64,000 bases of DNA from Nemertoderma westbladi. Lineage: Eukaryota > Animalia > Xenacoelomorpha. The notes beneath the pieces are model-generated. The model was not told the DNA's origin. It worked only from the letters and a program-made list of their open reading frames with translations, and did no database searches. The position numbers were made by a program, and so were the translations under genes. Where the stretch lies: the NCBI GenBank assembly GCA_032718475.1, contig JAUCBJ010000989.1, positions 1-64,000 on the forward strand, in the 5' to 3' direction. This document shows positions 25,255 to 36,100 of the stretch, piece after piece (position 1 is the first letter of the stretch; the number at the start of each line of letters is the position of its first letter).

Positions 25255-26346
25255 ATGCCGGTAGATATTCATAGTTTAAATAAGAAAACTCTTGAACTCA
25301 TTTTAGAAGTTCTCTACCAAAATGACCCCAATTTCACTATGCCAGCAACAAAGGCGGAAATCGAGACACAGTTGAGGGGCGAAAACCAAAACGCCGTACA
25401 GTTGGCCTATAACCACCTTCAACATACGCAACTAGCGGGTGCTGTTATGGGAAACTTTCCTACAACACCTTTGACTACAAACGAAACGCGAGTTCCACAA
25501 ACAATTAAACTCCCAGTGTTTTACGAGAAGGATACGCGAGTTTGGTTCGAACAAATAGAACAAATCTTAGAAGGTTCTCCGGAGACCGTTATGAAGAACA
25601 GTTTACTTCGCGTTCTCCCGACAAACGTGATATTCGACAGTGGAGCAAATGTGACTGATACATTCCACGTCATAAAAAATTCGGTAATTAATCACGCGGA
25701 TGACAGCGCCGATAGACGATTAAAGAAACTATTAAAGGATCAACAGTTGGGCGATAGAAAGCCGTCCGTTGCTCTTAGGCAACTTGAGCGGTTGGCGCCT
25801 AATAACGAAAACTTAGTACGTCTACGATTTCTGGAAATACTTCCGGAGCCGGTACGTTTAGCCTTGGTTTCTGTCGATGGTATACCCAATGACAAAATCG
25901 CGGAAATTTCGGATCGGATGATGGAACAAATGACTGGATCTACACCATGGAATTCGGTTAACCAAGTATCCACTTTCGGTAGTGTTGATAAAATGCCGGA
26001 AAATCCAGTAAAACCCGACTGGGAAAGAGCGATCGCAGATCAAATATTACAATTAACTGTGGCTGTTAATGCTTTACAAGCAAGTATCAAGCCTCAATAC
26101 AATCGTTCACGTTCGTTTTCACGCGAGGGACGAGATCGGAATCGCAGTAGAAGTGGGAAATCTCCGTTTTGGTCCGACAACCGAAACAGAAATCGTTCGC
26201 AATCTAGATATGGATCGTTTGACCCCGAGGGACGATTCTGTTGGTTCCATTGGCGATTTGGACGAGAGTCTAGGAAGTGCGGTGATCCCTCTAAGTGTTC
26301 TTGGGATAAACCGGATAATTCAAACAACCAGCAGTCGGGAAACTAA
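25255..26346 (+). CDS. Gypsy Gag, 363 aa
   Basis: KLPVF..WFEQIE, LGDRKPS..LR, RS-rich region and CWFHWRFG..SRKC..C motif typical of invertebrate Gypsy Gag. Confidence 0.88.
   Translation: MPVDIHSLNKKTLELILEVLYQNDPNFTMPATKAEIETQLRGENQNAVQLAYNHLQHTQLAGAVMGNFPTTPLTTNETRVPQTIKLPVFYEKDTRVWFEQIEQILEGSPETVMKNSLLRVLPTNVIFDSGANVTDTFHVIKNSVINHADDSADRRLKKLLKDQQLGDRKPSVALRQLERLAPNNENLVRLRFLEILPEPVRLALVSVDGIPNDKIAEISDRMMEQMTGSTPWNSVNQVSTFGSVDKMPENPVKPDWERAIADQILQLTVAVNALQASIKPQYNRSRSFSREGRDRNRSRSGKSPFWSDNRNRNRSQSRYGSFDPEGRFCWFHWRFGRESRKCGDPSKCSWDKPDNSNNQQSGN
26337..26343 (+). promoter_or_regulatory. -1 programmed ribosomal frameshift slippery site G GGA AAC
   Basis: X XXY YYZ heptamer just before the gag stop; pol is in the -1 frame and open from here; CTCCA...TGGAG stem follows. 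Confidence 0.75.
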
Positions 26347-29237
26347 AAAACTCCAACGGCAAGGCGGTTGACGGTGGAGTAAACTCGATATATATAACCG
26401 TCGTACCAGTAGGAGAATGTTTAGCTGATAGTGGTAGCGAGGCAAGTTGTTTACCTCTAAGTTATGCTTCCACAAATATGAAAAAAATTCCCCCATATTT
26501 AAATTTAAAAGCGGCTAACAAAACTGAAATTAATAGTTTGGGAATTAGAAAAATTAATTTTAAAATTCCAGAATTAAATAATAGTGAATATTCCTGGGAA
26601 TTTTATGTGTGCGATGTATCACAGCCAATTTTAGGAGCTGATTTTTTAAAACACAATCAACTTTTGGTGGATTGTGTAAATGATAGAATAATTCCATTAT
26701 CCTGGGTTAAAGTGCCGCCTGGAAAATGGAATCCAAACCACAATAAGAAAACAAACAAACATACTAATCCTGAACCATCTGTACAGAGGATTACTGTAGA
26801 AAATCCTGTGTACTACGATAAAGTTTTGGACATATTAAATAATTACCCCGAATTATTTACCCCAATTGATGTGAAAGAACCTGTAAAACATAATATTGAG
26901 CATAATATTTTGACCAAAGGACCCCCAGCTTATTCTAAACCTCGTCGTTTATTTGGTTCACGTTTAGATATAGCCAAAGAAACTTTTAAAAAATGGGAAG
27001 AACAAGGTGTGTGTTACCGTGGAGAGTCTGAATATGCAACTCCCCTTCATATGGCTCCCCAACCAAATTCTACGAGTACACCATGGAGAGCCTGTGGTGA
27101 TTTTCGTTGTTTAAATGCACAAACTATTCCTGACCAATATCCGATGCCCAATTTAAATGATTTGACAAGTAATTTACATGGATGTACAATATTTTCAAAA
27201 TTAGATTTGACAGCTGCCTATACGCAAATTCCAATTGCGAAGGTTGACCAACCAAAAGCAGCAGTTGTAACTCCTTTTGGTTTATTTATTTTCAAAAGAA
27301 TGCCTTATGGTTTACGGAATGCTTCAAAAACTTTTCAAAGACTGATGGATTCTGTGTTACAGGATACACCATATACATGGGTTTACCTTGATGATGTGCT
27401 AGTTTCAAGTAAATCGTGTGAAGAACATCTAAAACATTTAAAGAGCGTTCTCGGTAAATTAGCTGAATTCGGCCTGAAATTAAAGCCTGAAAAGTGCAAA
27501 TTTTTCTGTACAGGTGTAAAATTTGTTGGTGTCTGGATTTCGGCTGATGGAATAAAACCACTTCCGGAACAAATAGACGCAATTTCTAAATTTGAAAGAC
27601 CAGTTACCACAAAGTCATTGAAAAGGTTCCTCGGAATGTGTGGATTTTATCACAAATTTGTTCCACATTTTTCAGGCACTGCTACTCCATTAACTGATAT
27701 GACTAGAGTAAAGGGTAAAAATAACGCAAAACTGGAATGGACAGAAAAATCGATAGACGCATTCAATAAATTGAAAGAATCATTACGAAATTCTGTTACT
27801 TTAGCTTTTCCACGATCAAACACTAAGTTGGAGTTGGCAACTGATGCATCAGATGTAGCAGCAGGTGCTGTGTTGCATCAGGTTGCGGTTAATAATGTCA
27901 AGGAACCAGTAGCATTCTTTTCAGCTAAATTTACGGCTACTGAATCTCGAAAATCGACTGTCGATCGCGAGTTATTATCTGTCTATATGGCTTTGAAACA
28001 TTTTAAATGGTTAATGGGAACAGATTTTGAAATTAAAACCGATCATAGATCATTGGTATATGCATTAAATATGAAAAATCCTACACCTCAGCAGGCGAGA
28101 TGGTTATCATACATTTCGGAATTCGATTGTAATATTTCTCATGTATCTGGCAGTTTAAACGTTGTGGCCGATGCATTATCCAGAAGTACAGCTGCTGTAA
28201 CTGTAGAGTTTGATAAAACACTGGCTGAAAGTCAGGCAAGAGATACGGATCTAATAAATAATTTACAAAAAACTTCTTTACCAACGATGAAATTTCGAAT
28301 TGGAGATTCCAGTATATGGTGTGATGCCAGAAATAAATACTTACGGCCATATGTTCCAACTACAATGAGATATCAAATCCTTAAACAACTCCATGAATTG
28401 GCTCATACTGGTAATAAAGCTACTCTTAAATTGATATCGGATAAATATATTTGGCCTGGAATCAGGAAGGATGTGCAAAAATGGTGTAAAGAATGCGTAC
28501 GTTGCCAGCAGTGCAAAGTAATAAGACATACAAAAGCTCCAGTGGGAACAATTCCGACGACTGGACGTTTTCAAACAATACATATCGACATTGTTGGCCC
28601 TCTACCACCTTCCAAAGGAAATCAATATATAGTAACAATGATAGACAGATTCACCAGATGGCCAGAAGCTGTCCCTACAAGTCGAATAGACGCAGAAATT
28701 GTAGCAAAAGTACTAATAGATACATGGATTACTAGATTTGGAGTTCCAAGAGAATTGATCTCGGACAGGGGTACTCAGTTTGAATCCCAAGTATGGTCTG
28801 AGGTAATGAAATTATTAGGAATACAACGTTCTAGAACAACCAGCTATCACCCACAGTGTAATGGGGCTATAGAAAGATGGCATCGAACTCTAAAGAATGC
28901 ATTACGAACTCACACGGAGAAAACTCAAACCTGGTCGGATTCACTACCATTAATAATGTTGGGACTGAGATCTAGTTTAGCAAATGATGAGGGATACAGC
29001 CCAACACAATTAGTTTATGGTGGAACAGTAGACTTACCTCAACAATATTTCATACCAACGAACTCTGAAAGAGATATAGATAACTTACCGAAATTCATGG
29101 AGGATCTGATGAAATCAGTAAATTCGTTTGCAATTCCAGAAAGAAAACACAATAAACCATCATATATTCCCTGCTTCTATGGACTCGGTGAAACAGGTGT
29201 GGCTAAGAAAGGAACGCCGCAAGTCATCCTTAAGTGA
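26337..29237 (+). CDS. Gypsy Pol (protease, RT, RNase H, integrase); C-terminus frameshifted and interrupted
   Basis: LADSGS protease upstream of the first Met; RT MPYGLRNA, YLDD; RNase H TDASD; integrase HHCC and D(IVGP)..D(RGTQF)..E(RWHR). One-base frameshift at ~29170; the GPY/F tail resumes at ~29550. Confidence 0.9.
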   Translation, partial: GKLKNSNGKAVDGGVNSIYITVVPVGECLADSGSEASCLPLSYASTNMKKIPPYLNLKAANKTEINSLGIRKINFKIPELNNSEYSWEFYVCDVSQPILGADFLKHNQLLVDCVNDRIIPLSWVKVPPGKWNPNHNKKTNKHTNPEPSVQRITVENPVYYDKVLDILNNYPELFTPIDVKEPVKHNIEHNILTKGPPAYSKPRRLFGSRLDIAKETFKKWEEQGVCYRGESEYATPLHMAPQPNSTSTPWRACGDFRCLNAQTIPDQYPMPNLNDLTSNLHGCTIFSKLDLTAAYTQIPIAKVDQPKAAVVTPFGLFIFKRMPYGLRNASKTFQRLMDSVLQDTPYTWVYLDDVLVSSKSCEEHLKHLKSVLGKLAEFGLKLKPEKCKFFCTGVKFVGVWISADGIKPLPEQIDAISKFERPVTTKSLKRFLGMCGFYHKFVPHFSGTATPLTDMTRVKGKNNAKLEWTEKSIDAFNKLKESLRNSVTLAFPRSNTKLELATDASDVAAGAVLHQVAVNNVKEPVAFFSAKFTATESRKSTVDRELLSVYMALKHFKWLMGTDFEIKTDHRSLVYALNMKNPTPQQARWLSYISEFDCNISHVSGSLNVVADALSRSTAAVTVEFDKTLAESQARDTDLINNLQKTSLPTMKFRIGDSSIWCDARNKYLRPYVPTTMRYQILKQLHELAHTGNKATLKLISDKYIWPGIRKDVQKWCKECVRCQQCKVIRHTKAPVGTIPTTGRFQTIHIDIVGPLPPSKGNQYIVTMIDRFTRWPEAVPTSRIDAEIVAKVLIDTWITRFGVPRELISDRGTQFESQVWSEVMKLLGIQRSRTTSYHPQCNGAIERWHRTLKNALRTHTEKTQTWSDSLPLIMLGLRSSLANDEGYSPTQLVYGGTVDLPQQYFIPTNSERDIDNLPKFMEDLMKSVNSFAIPERKHNKPSYIPCFYGLGETGVAKKGTPQVILK

Positions 29238-29547
29238 TTAAGTTAATTCTCCCATTCAATATTATTACAGTATTTTGTTATTTATAAAATGGTTACGGTT
29301 ACCATGGTTAATCATCAAATATGGTGGGTTACCTCGGGAATTATCTTGTACAACTTCAAAACTTTAAACTGCTGCATTGCATATTTTCTCACTTAAGGCC
29401 CGTTCACATCCAACGGAACGGTACACCGCGCGGTGTACCACATCCAACGGAACGGTACACCGCGCGGTGTACCGCAGGGCCAGCGGTACACCGCTGACTG
29501 TGAACGACTCAACAGGTAGTTGTGCGCTAAACCGCGCGGTTTACCAC
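29236..29547. mobile_element. Insertion in the Gypsy integrase tail, including a MITE-like end
   Basis: Interrupts the integrase between ..RKSSL and PYKIQ..; TAAGGCCCGTTCACA at ~29394 resembles a PIF/Harbinger-type terminus; short internal direct repeats. Confidence 0.45.
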
Positions 29548-29877
29548 AGCCCATACAAAATACAAGAAAGAGATAATAAAACTGTGACCATTGAAATAAA
29601 TGGAAAACTCCAGAAAGTATCCATAGATCGATCAAAACCAGAATTTATTGCTAATCAAGACACCGAAATAAATGATTTCACGGCCAAATTACTTCCATCC
29701 AAAACTAAAAGTAATATATTGTTGACCAATGATAGTAATAAATTCTTGAGAAATTCATCCCAAAATATTCCTTCACAAACGAGATCTGGTCGAGTGTACA
29801 ATAAAGTTAATTTTAATTTAAATAAAAATGAAATATTTTCAATATAAATGACGCTCCGCGTCTGATTGGAGGGGTAT

Positions 29878-30174
29878 TGTAGTAATATATATTTATATAA
29901 ATATAGCCCAATCTAGGTAGTGAAGAAAGGAAGTACTGTAGTATGTGTAGGCAGTAGTGGTGTAGTAAGAATTTGTGTTATGTATATATTGTACAGTGTA
30001 GGACTGTAGGAGTGGTACCGGTACGGTGTTGTATTTGGAATTATATATTACTGTATTATGGAGATTAATTATTGATATTACTAAATCAACTAAAATACAA
30101 TATAAGGAACCATTGATTTTAAGATCTCATTATATTCTTATTAACTACCAACAACGGGATTGGGGAAGATTACA
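29878..30174 (+). repeat. Gypsy 3' LTR (297 bp)
   Basis: PPT GGAGGGG upstream; TGTAG...TTACA termini. Confidence 0.9.
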
Positions 30175-33100
30175 GTTGGTCGTCTGTCAATATGTGTTGC
30201 GTCGGTACTACTTTAGCCATAGCTGTCTTAATTGAGCCAATCAGCCTTTCCCAAACGCCGCCTCTCCACGGACTGTCTGGAGTATTAAAATTCCAAACAA
30301 TACGGTGAGGACGTAGTTCCTCGGAAATCTGGTTTTGGTCCAACTTTCTCAAAGCTCTGGTTATTTCGTTCCGTGCACCCACAAAGTTTGTCCCTTGGTC
30401 GCAGTATATGGATTTGACCAATCCACGTCTAGCGATAAATCGCCGTAAGGCTAGGATAAAGGCATTGGTGGTCAAGTCTGTCACTCGCTCTATATGGACA
30501 GCTCTGCTGGCCATGCAAGTGAAGATCAATCCCCAACGTTTTACCTGTACCCTTCCGCGTTTCGCGATTATGGGTCCAAAACAGTCTATCCCTGTCTCAG
30601 TGAAAGGGGGTCTAAACGCCTGTAATCTAGCTAGTGGTAGTTCGCTCATTTCTTGGTGTCCTATCCTCGCGTGCACCTTCTTACAAATAATACAGTTCCG
30701 TGTTACCGAACTCAGTGCCTTACTAGGTCTAATCAGTACAAACCTCGAGCGTAAGTGTGATAGACAGTGGTGTCTACCTACGTGTTTGAGTTGTACATGT
30801 GCGTCCAGTATCATAGCACGCTGTAATTCATGGTGTTGCGGTATGATGATAGGATACCTAAAGTCAAGTGCAAAGTCGATGTTTTGGAGTCTGGACTTGT
30901 GACAAAGTAAGCCCCGGTAAATAATCGGACTCCAACTCAAAATCGGTGAAGACTTAATCTGTTTACCTTGTTTGATCGCTGTGAACTCTCGTGCGAAATA
31001 TCGCAATTGATAATGTCTAATGATATCAACTTCACAGTGGCCAACTTCCTTTAAGGTAAGTCTTCTAGGAAAGTCGCGTTTGCCTCTGGCATATTGTCTC
31101 AAAACGTTTGAGCCATGCTAACTTGCGGCACGCGTTAAGTCCATGATCTAGTTAGGTTCACTATCCTGTCAACGTAAGTGTTAGTGACGTCATCAGGTAA
31201 GGTGTAGTCGTAGTGTGGATACTTGTCTGGACTTGGTAGGCCCACGGGCCTTCCGGTAGGTTTGTCTGAGTCCCAAAGTACGTCAATCTCTACAGTCTTA
31301 CCTTTACCGTCTGCACCTAATGTGTCGACTGGCAGTAACGGTTTCAACTCTACAGTATCAGTGTGTTCCTGTGAGCCTGTAAGCTTCCTAACCTTAGTCA
31401 CACGCTTACCTGTAGGGGGTAAGTCAAGTACCTTCTTCGAGCGGAGTGTAATCCCTGTGGCCACACCTTTGTCGTCCAAAGAAGTCAAATTCGGTAAATC
31501 TCTAAATGTCCGCTCCAATGGGTCTTCTAATGGAGTGTCTGGTAGACAGTCTGGTGAAGCGTCTGGTGAACAGTCTGGCGAGACGTCTGGTGAGACATAG
31601 CGCGGAACATCCGGCGAAATGTCCTGTCGTCGGTCCCAAAGTCTGTCTGGCGTAACTTCTGTCAGAAAGTCTGGTTCAAAGTCTGGTGGACAGTCTGTCG
31701 AGATGTCTGGTGGAAAGTCTGGTGAGACGTCCGGTAGACATTCTGTCGAGAGTTCCATCAAACAGTCTGGCGAACAATCCGGAGAACAATCTGGTGTCAC
31801 TTCTGGTGAATAGTCTGGCGAGTGATCTGGTGAACAATCCGGCGAAACGTCTGGTGAAATCTCCCGCGGAACATCCGGCGAAGGATTCGTACAAGCGTCT
31901 GGTCGAATGTCTGGTGAGACGTCTGGCGTAATGTCAGGTCTGGCGTCCAGGTCATCAGATTTCGTCCGTCCTTTTTTCCTCTTGACCTTGGCGTTGGCTT
32001 TCGCTTTAGACTTGACAACCTTGTCGATTTTTATCTCGGCACCCTCTGGTATGGTGTTGGTTGTCGCGTCGAATAACGGTGGCCATTCATCTGATGGTCG
32101 CTGTAGGAAATCGGGTCCTCTAAACCAAAAGGATTTATTGTCCGGTTTACAAAAGTCAAGTGGTTGCATCCCCCGTGACGCGATGTCAGCTGGGTTCAGC
32201 TTCCCTGGACAGTGACGCCAATCTTGTTTGAGCGACCGGTCTAGTATTTCAGCCCGTCTGTTGGCTACGAAAGTCTTGAACTCAAACGCTTCGTTGTTTA
32301 TGTACCAAAGTACCAACGTCGCATCCGTCCAATATGTGACCTTCAAGTTAGCCTCCAGCTCGCGTTGAACTAGACTGACAATATCGGTGGATATCGTCCC
32401 GGCTTGCAGCTCCCCACGAGGTACAGTCATATACTTCAATGGCATTGTTCTAGCCCTTGAAGTAACGAGAGATACATCGTAGCTGTCCGATGTCACTTGT
32501 CGTCTAAGGTATAAAGTAACCCCCAATCCATCCTTGCTAGCGTCACTAAAGCTGTGAAGCTCTAAATCGGCAGGAAAGGTGGTTTGCAAAGGAAAGTATA
32601 CCCTCGGTATGGTATAGTCTTGTAGGAACGTCAGTTGGGCTTCCCAGTCCCTCCATCGCTCAGCTAACTTTTCTGGGATGGGGTCGTCCCATTCCAGTCC
32701 GGCTTGCCAAATGCTGCGGAGTATGATCCTAGCATGCAGGATCACTGGACTAATGAAACACAATGGGTCGTACAATCGACTCATGGTCGATAAGCAAGTC
32801 CTCTTAGTGAGAGGTCTAGTCTGGTCGTTGGACCTTACACGTACCCTAAAATTGTCGGTGTTAGGGTCCCAACTAAGTCCTAATACTTTGGTCGTCAGCA
32901 GAGGTTCTAGGTCTAAGTCTAGGTCACCTCCACTGCGATCCATCGGGTCAAATGAGTTCACCAGTTCGGGTTCGTTGGAAGCGAACTTCGTCAGGCGGAA
33001 TCCGCCCTCAGCGAGACAATCCTGGAGTTGGTGTGCTACGGTTGTAGCGCGCTCCAAGGTGTCACAACTCTTGAGGCCGTCATCCACGTAGAAATCTCGT

Positions 33101-36100
33101 TCCACGGTCCGAACTACTTCTGGGTCAAACTGGTCTCGTCTGTCCAATGCTGTCTGCTTTAAGGCGTACATGGTGCAGTTGGGGCTGTCCCTGGCTCCGA
33201 ATACTCTTACCTGCATTTGGTAAGTTTCTGGCGGAAGTTCCAAATTTCCGTCCGGATACCAAAGAAACCTCAAGCTGTCCCTGTCCCGCTCCAAAGCCTT
33301 AACCTGGTGAAACATGGCCTCTACGTCACAGGTGAAAGCCACTTTGCGTTGTCTAAAACACATTAGGACTCCCATGAGGTAATTATTCATATTCGGCCCG
33401 TCCATCAGTTCGCTGTTCATAGACATCCCTTGGTAAAGCGCAGCGCAGTCGTTGACTACACGCACCTTGCCAGGTTTGTCCGGGTGTCGAACAAAATGAT
33501 GTGGCAGGTAATATGTCTGGTCTGTGGTTATCTCGGGATTTAACATCCTAATGGCGTATCCCTTTTGGAGATACGTCTGAAGTTGCGCATTGTATTGCAT
33601 ATGGGCCGTCTCGTCTCGCAACAATCGCTGCCTTATTGATTTGAGTCGCCTCAAAGCAAGCGGGTAATTGTTTACGAGCTTAGGTTGTCCATTGCGCCAC
33701 AACATACCAACCTCATAGTGGCCATTCGCGGTCTGGCGAATGGTATCTCTCATAATATTTAATGACCGTTTTTCCTGTTCTGACATAGCGGTCTCGTAAC
33801 TACCGGGTTCTGCTGAGTCCTGTTCCAACCATTGAATGGTCCGTTCAGTCAGCAGTCGGTCAAGCGCTGCTTGCACTGCGCCATGGTCCTCGTCCACGTC
33901 ATCGTCCGCTGCGGTGGCTAGTGTCAATGCGTCTGGTAGGCTCGCAAGCCTTCCGGTATCACTAGTCGGCGTCGAATCGTCGTGCGGCGGTTTGACAACC
34001 TTTTGATCTGTCGGTAGGCTCGCAAGCCTTCCAAGATCAATGACCGGTGTCGAAGCCTGGTGGGTGGGGTCAATGACCTTTGGATTTATCGGTAGGCTCG
34101 CAAGCCTTCCAAAATCCTCGTTCATCGAGTCATCCACGGCAACAACCCTTTGGTCTTCAGTAGTCAATACAACCTGGTTTACTGCAAGTAGTTGTAAGTC
34201 AGAGGTCCGTGTGGTCGTGTCCAGATCAGTTACGTCAGTATCGGTGGCGTCTGCGTTAGCGACGCAAGTCTGTCGTAGTGCCGTCCGTACAATTGGGCCA
34301 CAGGAGTGTGAAGGAGAATTATCTATCGTGTTAGTCAGTAAACTACATGTACTCAAAACGTCGTCCTCCTGGTCACTTACCTCTAGTGAACGTATTGGTG
34401 CTCTAGTATACCAACCTATGGGAGTTCTACATGCGTAGGGGTTGCCCGCTGTAATAACAGATGGGCGTGTCTCCCATACCTGATGTAAGTTAAACTGGTC
34501 TGTCCCAATTAACATCGCAATAGAACGATAATTAACAGGACATTCCGGTATTCCAATGTGTCGGAAATACTTACGATCTTCCGGTGATTGCTCTGGCACA
34601 GGGCCGAGCAAGTTACTAAAGTCCTTCGTAGCTGCAAAGGTCAAATTTCTTACCGGAAGTAATGAGCGCTCCTCCTTGCTGTGTTCCGCTTTGGAAAGAA
34701 GAGTGTCTAAGGTTAGTTTTACTCTTGTCACAGGGATCGCTCTCTTACCATGCATGCTGCTTACAGTGTACTGAGCAGTCTTACCTTGACTCATGTCCGT
34801 AACTACGTCGGCTACTTGTTCGTCGACATAGCTATGTGATGACGCAGAGTCTAAGATGGCGTATATACGCTTGCTCCCTCAGGTTCCGGTAATCTTTATG
34901 GGAATCACGCTAAACCCTTTCAATTGGTTCTGTATGAGGAGCGTTATCGAAGGCTGTTCCTCACCTGCATGCACGTAGAAAGTGTCGTCTTCCTCCTCGT
35001 CCTCGTCCGATGATCCTGACTGATCCATACAGTCCGTATAAAAGGTACGGATCTCGCGCGGCGCACGCTCCTTGTAAAGCGCGTCGCATCTAGCCGCTTT
35101 ATCTGGATGCTCTCGTCGAAAGCGTCTGGTCGGAGTATGACTGGTGGTGTGGAGTAACGCGTCATGGTTGCGTCCACACTGAGGACATGTATCATCGCTC
35201 GGGCAATCCTTCCGGACGTGTCCTGCTTCATACATCTCCAACAGGAATCTAGAGATCGGATTTGGAGTCTCCTCTCCTCGATCCCTAACTCTTTGAAAGC
35301 ACGACATCCACGTAGTTTATGTCCGCTGTAGTTTCTGCCATTCCGCTCGCAGTATGAGCATCCCACAAAGTCTGCCGGCAACTGTTGTTGTGGCTGCGTG
35401 GTGCCGATAGGCGTCAGAACTTTAGAAGTCTCAGTAGGGGTGGCGTAAGTAACGGCTTTCGCGTTCGTCGGAAGTGGTTTAGTCCGATTCGGCGCAGAAA
35501 CAGCTATCCCTTCCGCCGCGATATGGTGATCGGTATAGTTCGATCGAGTCTCGATCACGGCCTCCCGTGAAATCAGTTGATAGACATCGGTGAGTTTTAA
35601 TAACCCTCCGGCCTCTTCGCGCTGGTACTCGATGCGTCGCCATTCTCGTCGTAGTCGATGGTGAAGTCGACCGATTATTCGAATGAGAACCGTCGGTGCG
35701 TTAGCGTACTCGAGTTGTCCAATAGATCGTAAAGTCCCTATAGCGTTCTTGATTTTGTCCGCGAGTCGTAAAAGGTCGATCGGTTTCGAAATGTTGCCTC
35801 CTCTGCAGAGGTCTTCGATAATGGATTTAGCCATGGCGACGTTACCTCCGTAAATCGAATATAAACGGTCGTACGCCAACTCAAAGGCATCGGGAACACC
35901 TATAAAGGTTTCCGCTAATCGTTTCGGCTCACCAGACAGAACTTGGAGCAAGTAATTAAACTTCTCCGTCGAGATGAAAGCACACTTAGCGATCTGGGAC
36001 TCTACGTAGTCTACCAGTGTGCGCCAGTGTTTCGCGTTGCCAGAGAACTTCGGCGGTTGCTGTGCCGGTAATCCGTGTCTAGCCGCGAATTTCGCAATCT

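Larger units (their letters stand above)
21526..26105. repeat. Tandem duplication, 2290-bp period (HINE body, LTR end, PBS, most of gag)
   Basis: Identical ORFs at offset 2290 (21549/23839, 22279/24569, 22965/25255); junction in the GT microsatellite at ~23816. Confidence 0.95.
20988..30174 (+). mobile_element. Gypsy/Ty3 LTR retrotransposon nested in the integrase of BEL element C; 5' LTR truncated and interrupted
   Basis: 3' LTR 29878-30174; pieces of the same LTR at 20988-21020, 21411-21480 and 22741-22780; tRNA-Trp PBS; domain order gag, PR-RT-RH-IN. Confidence 0.92.
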
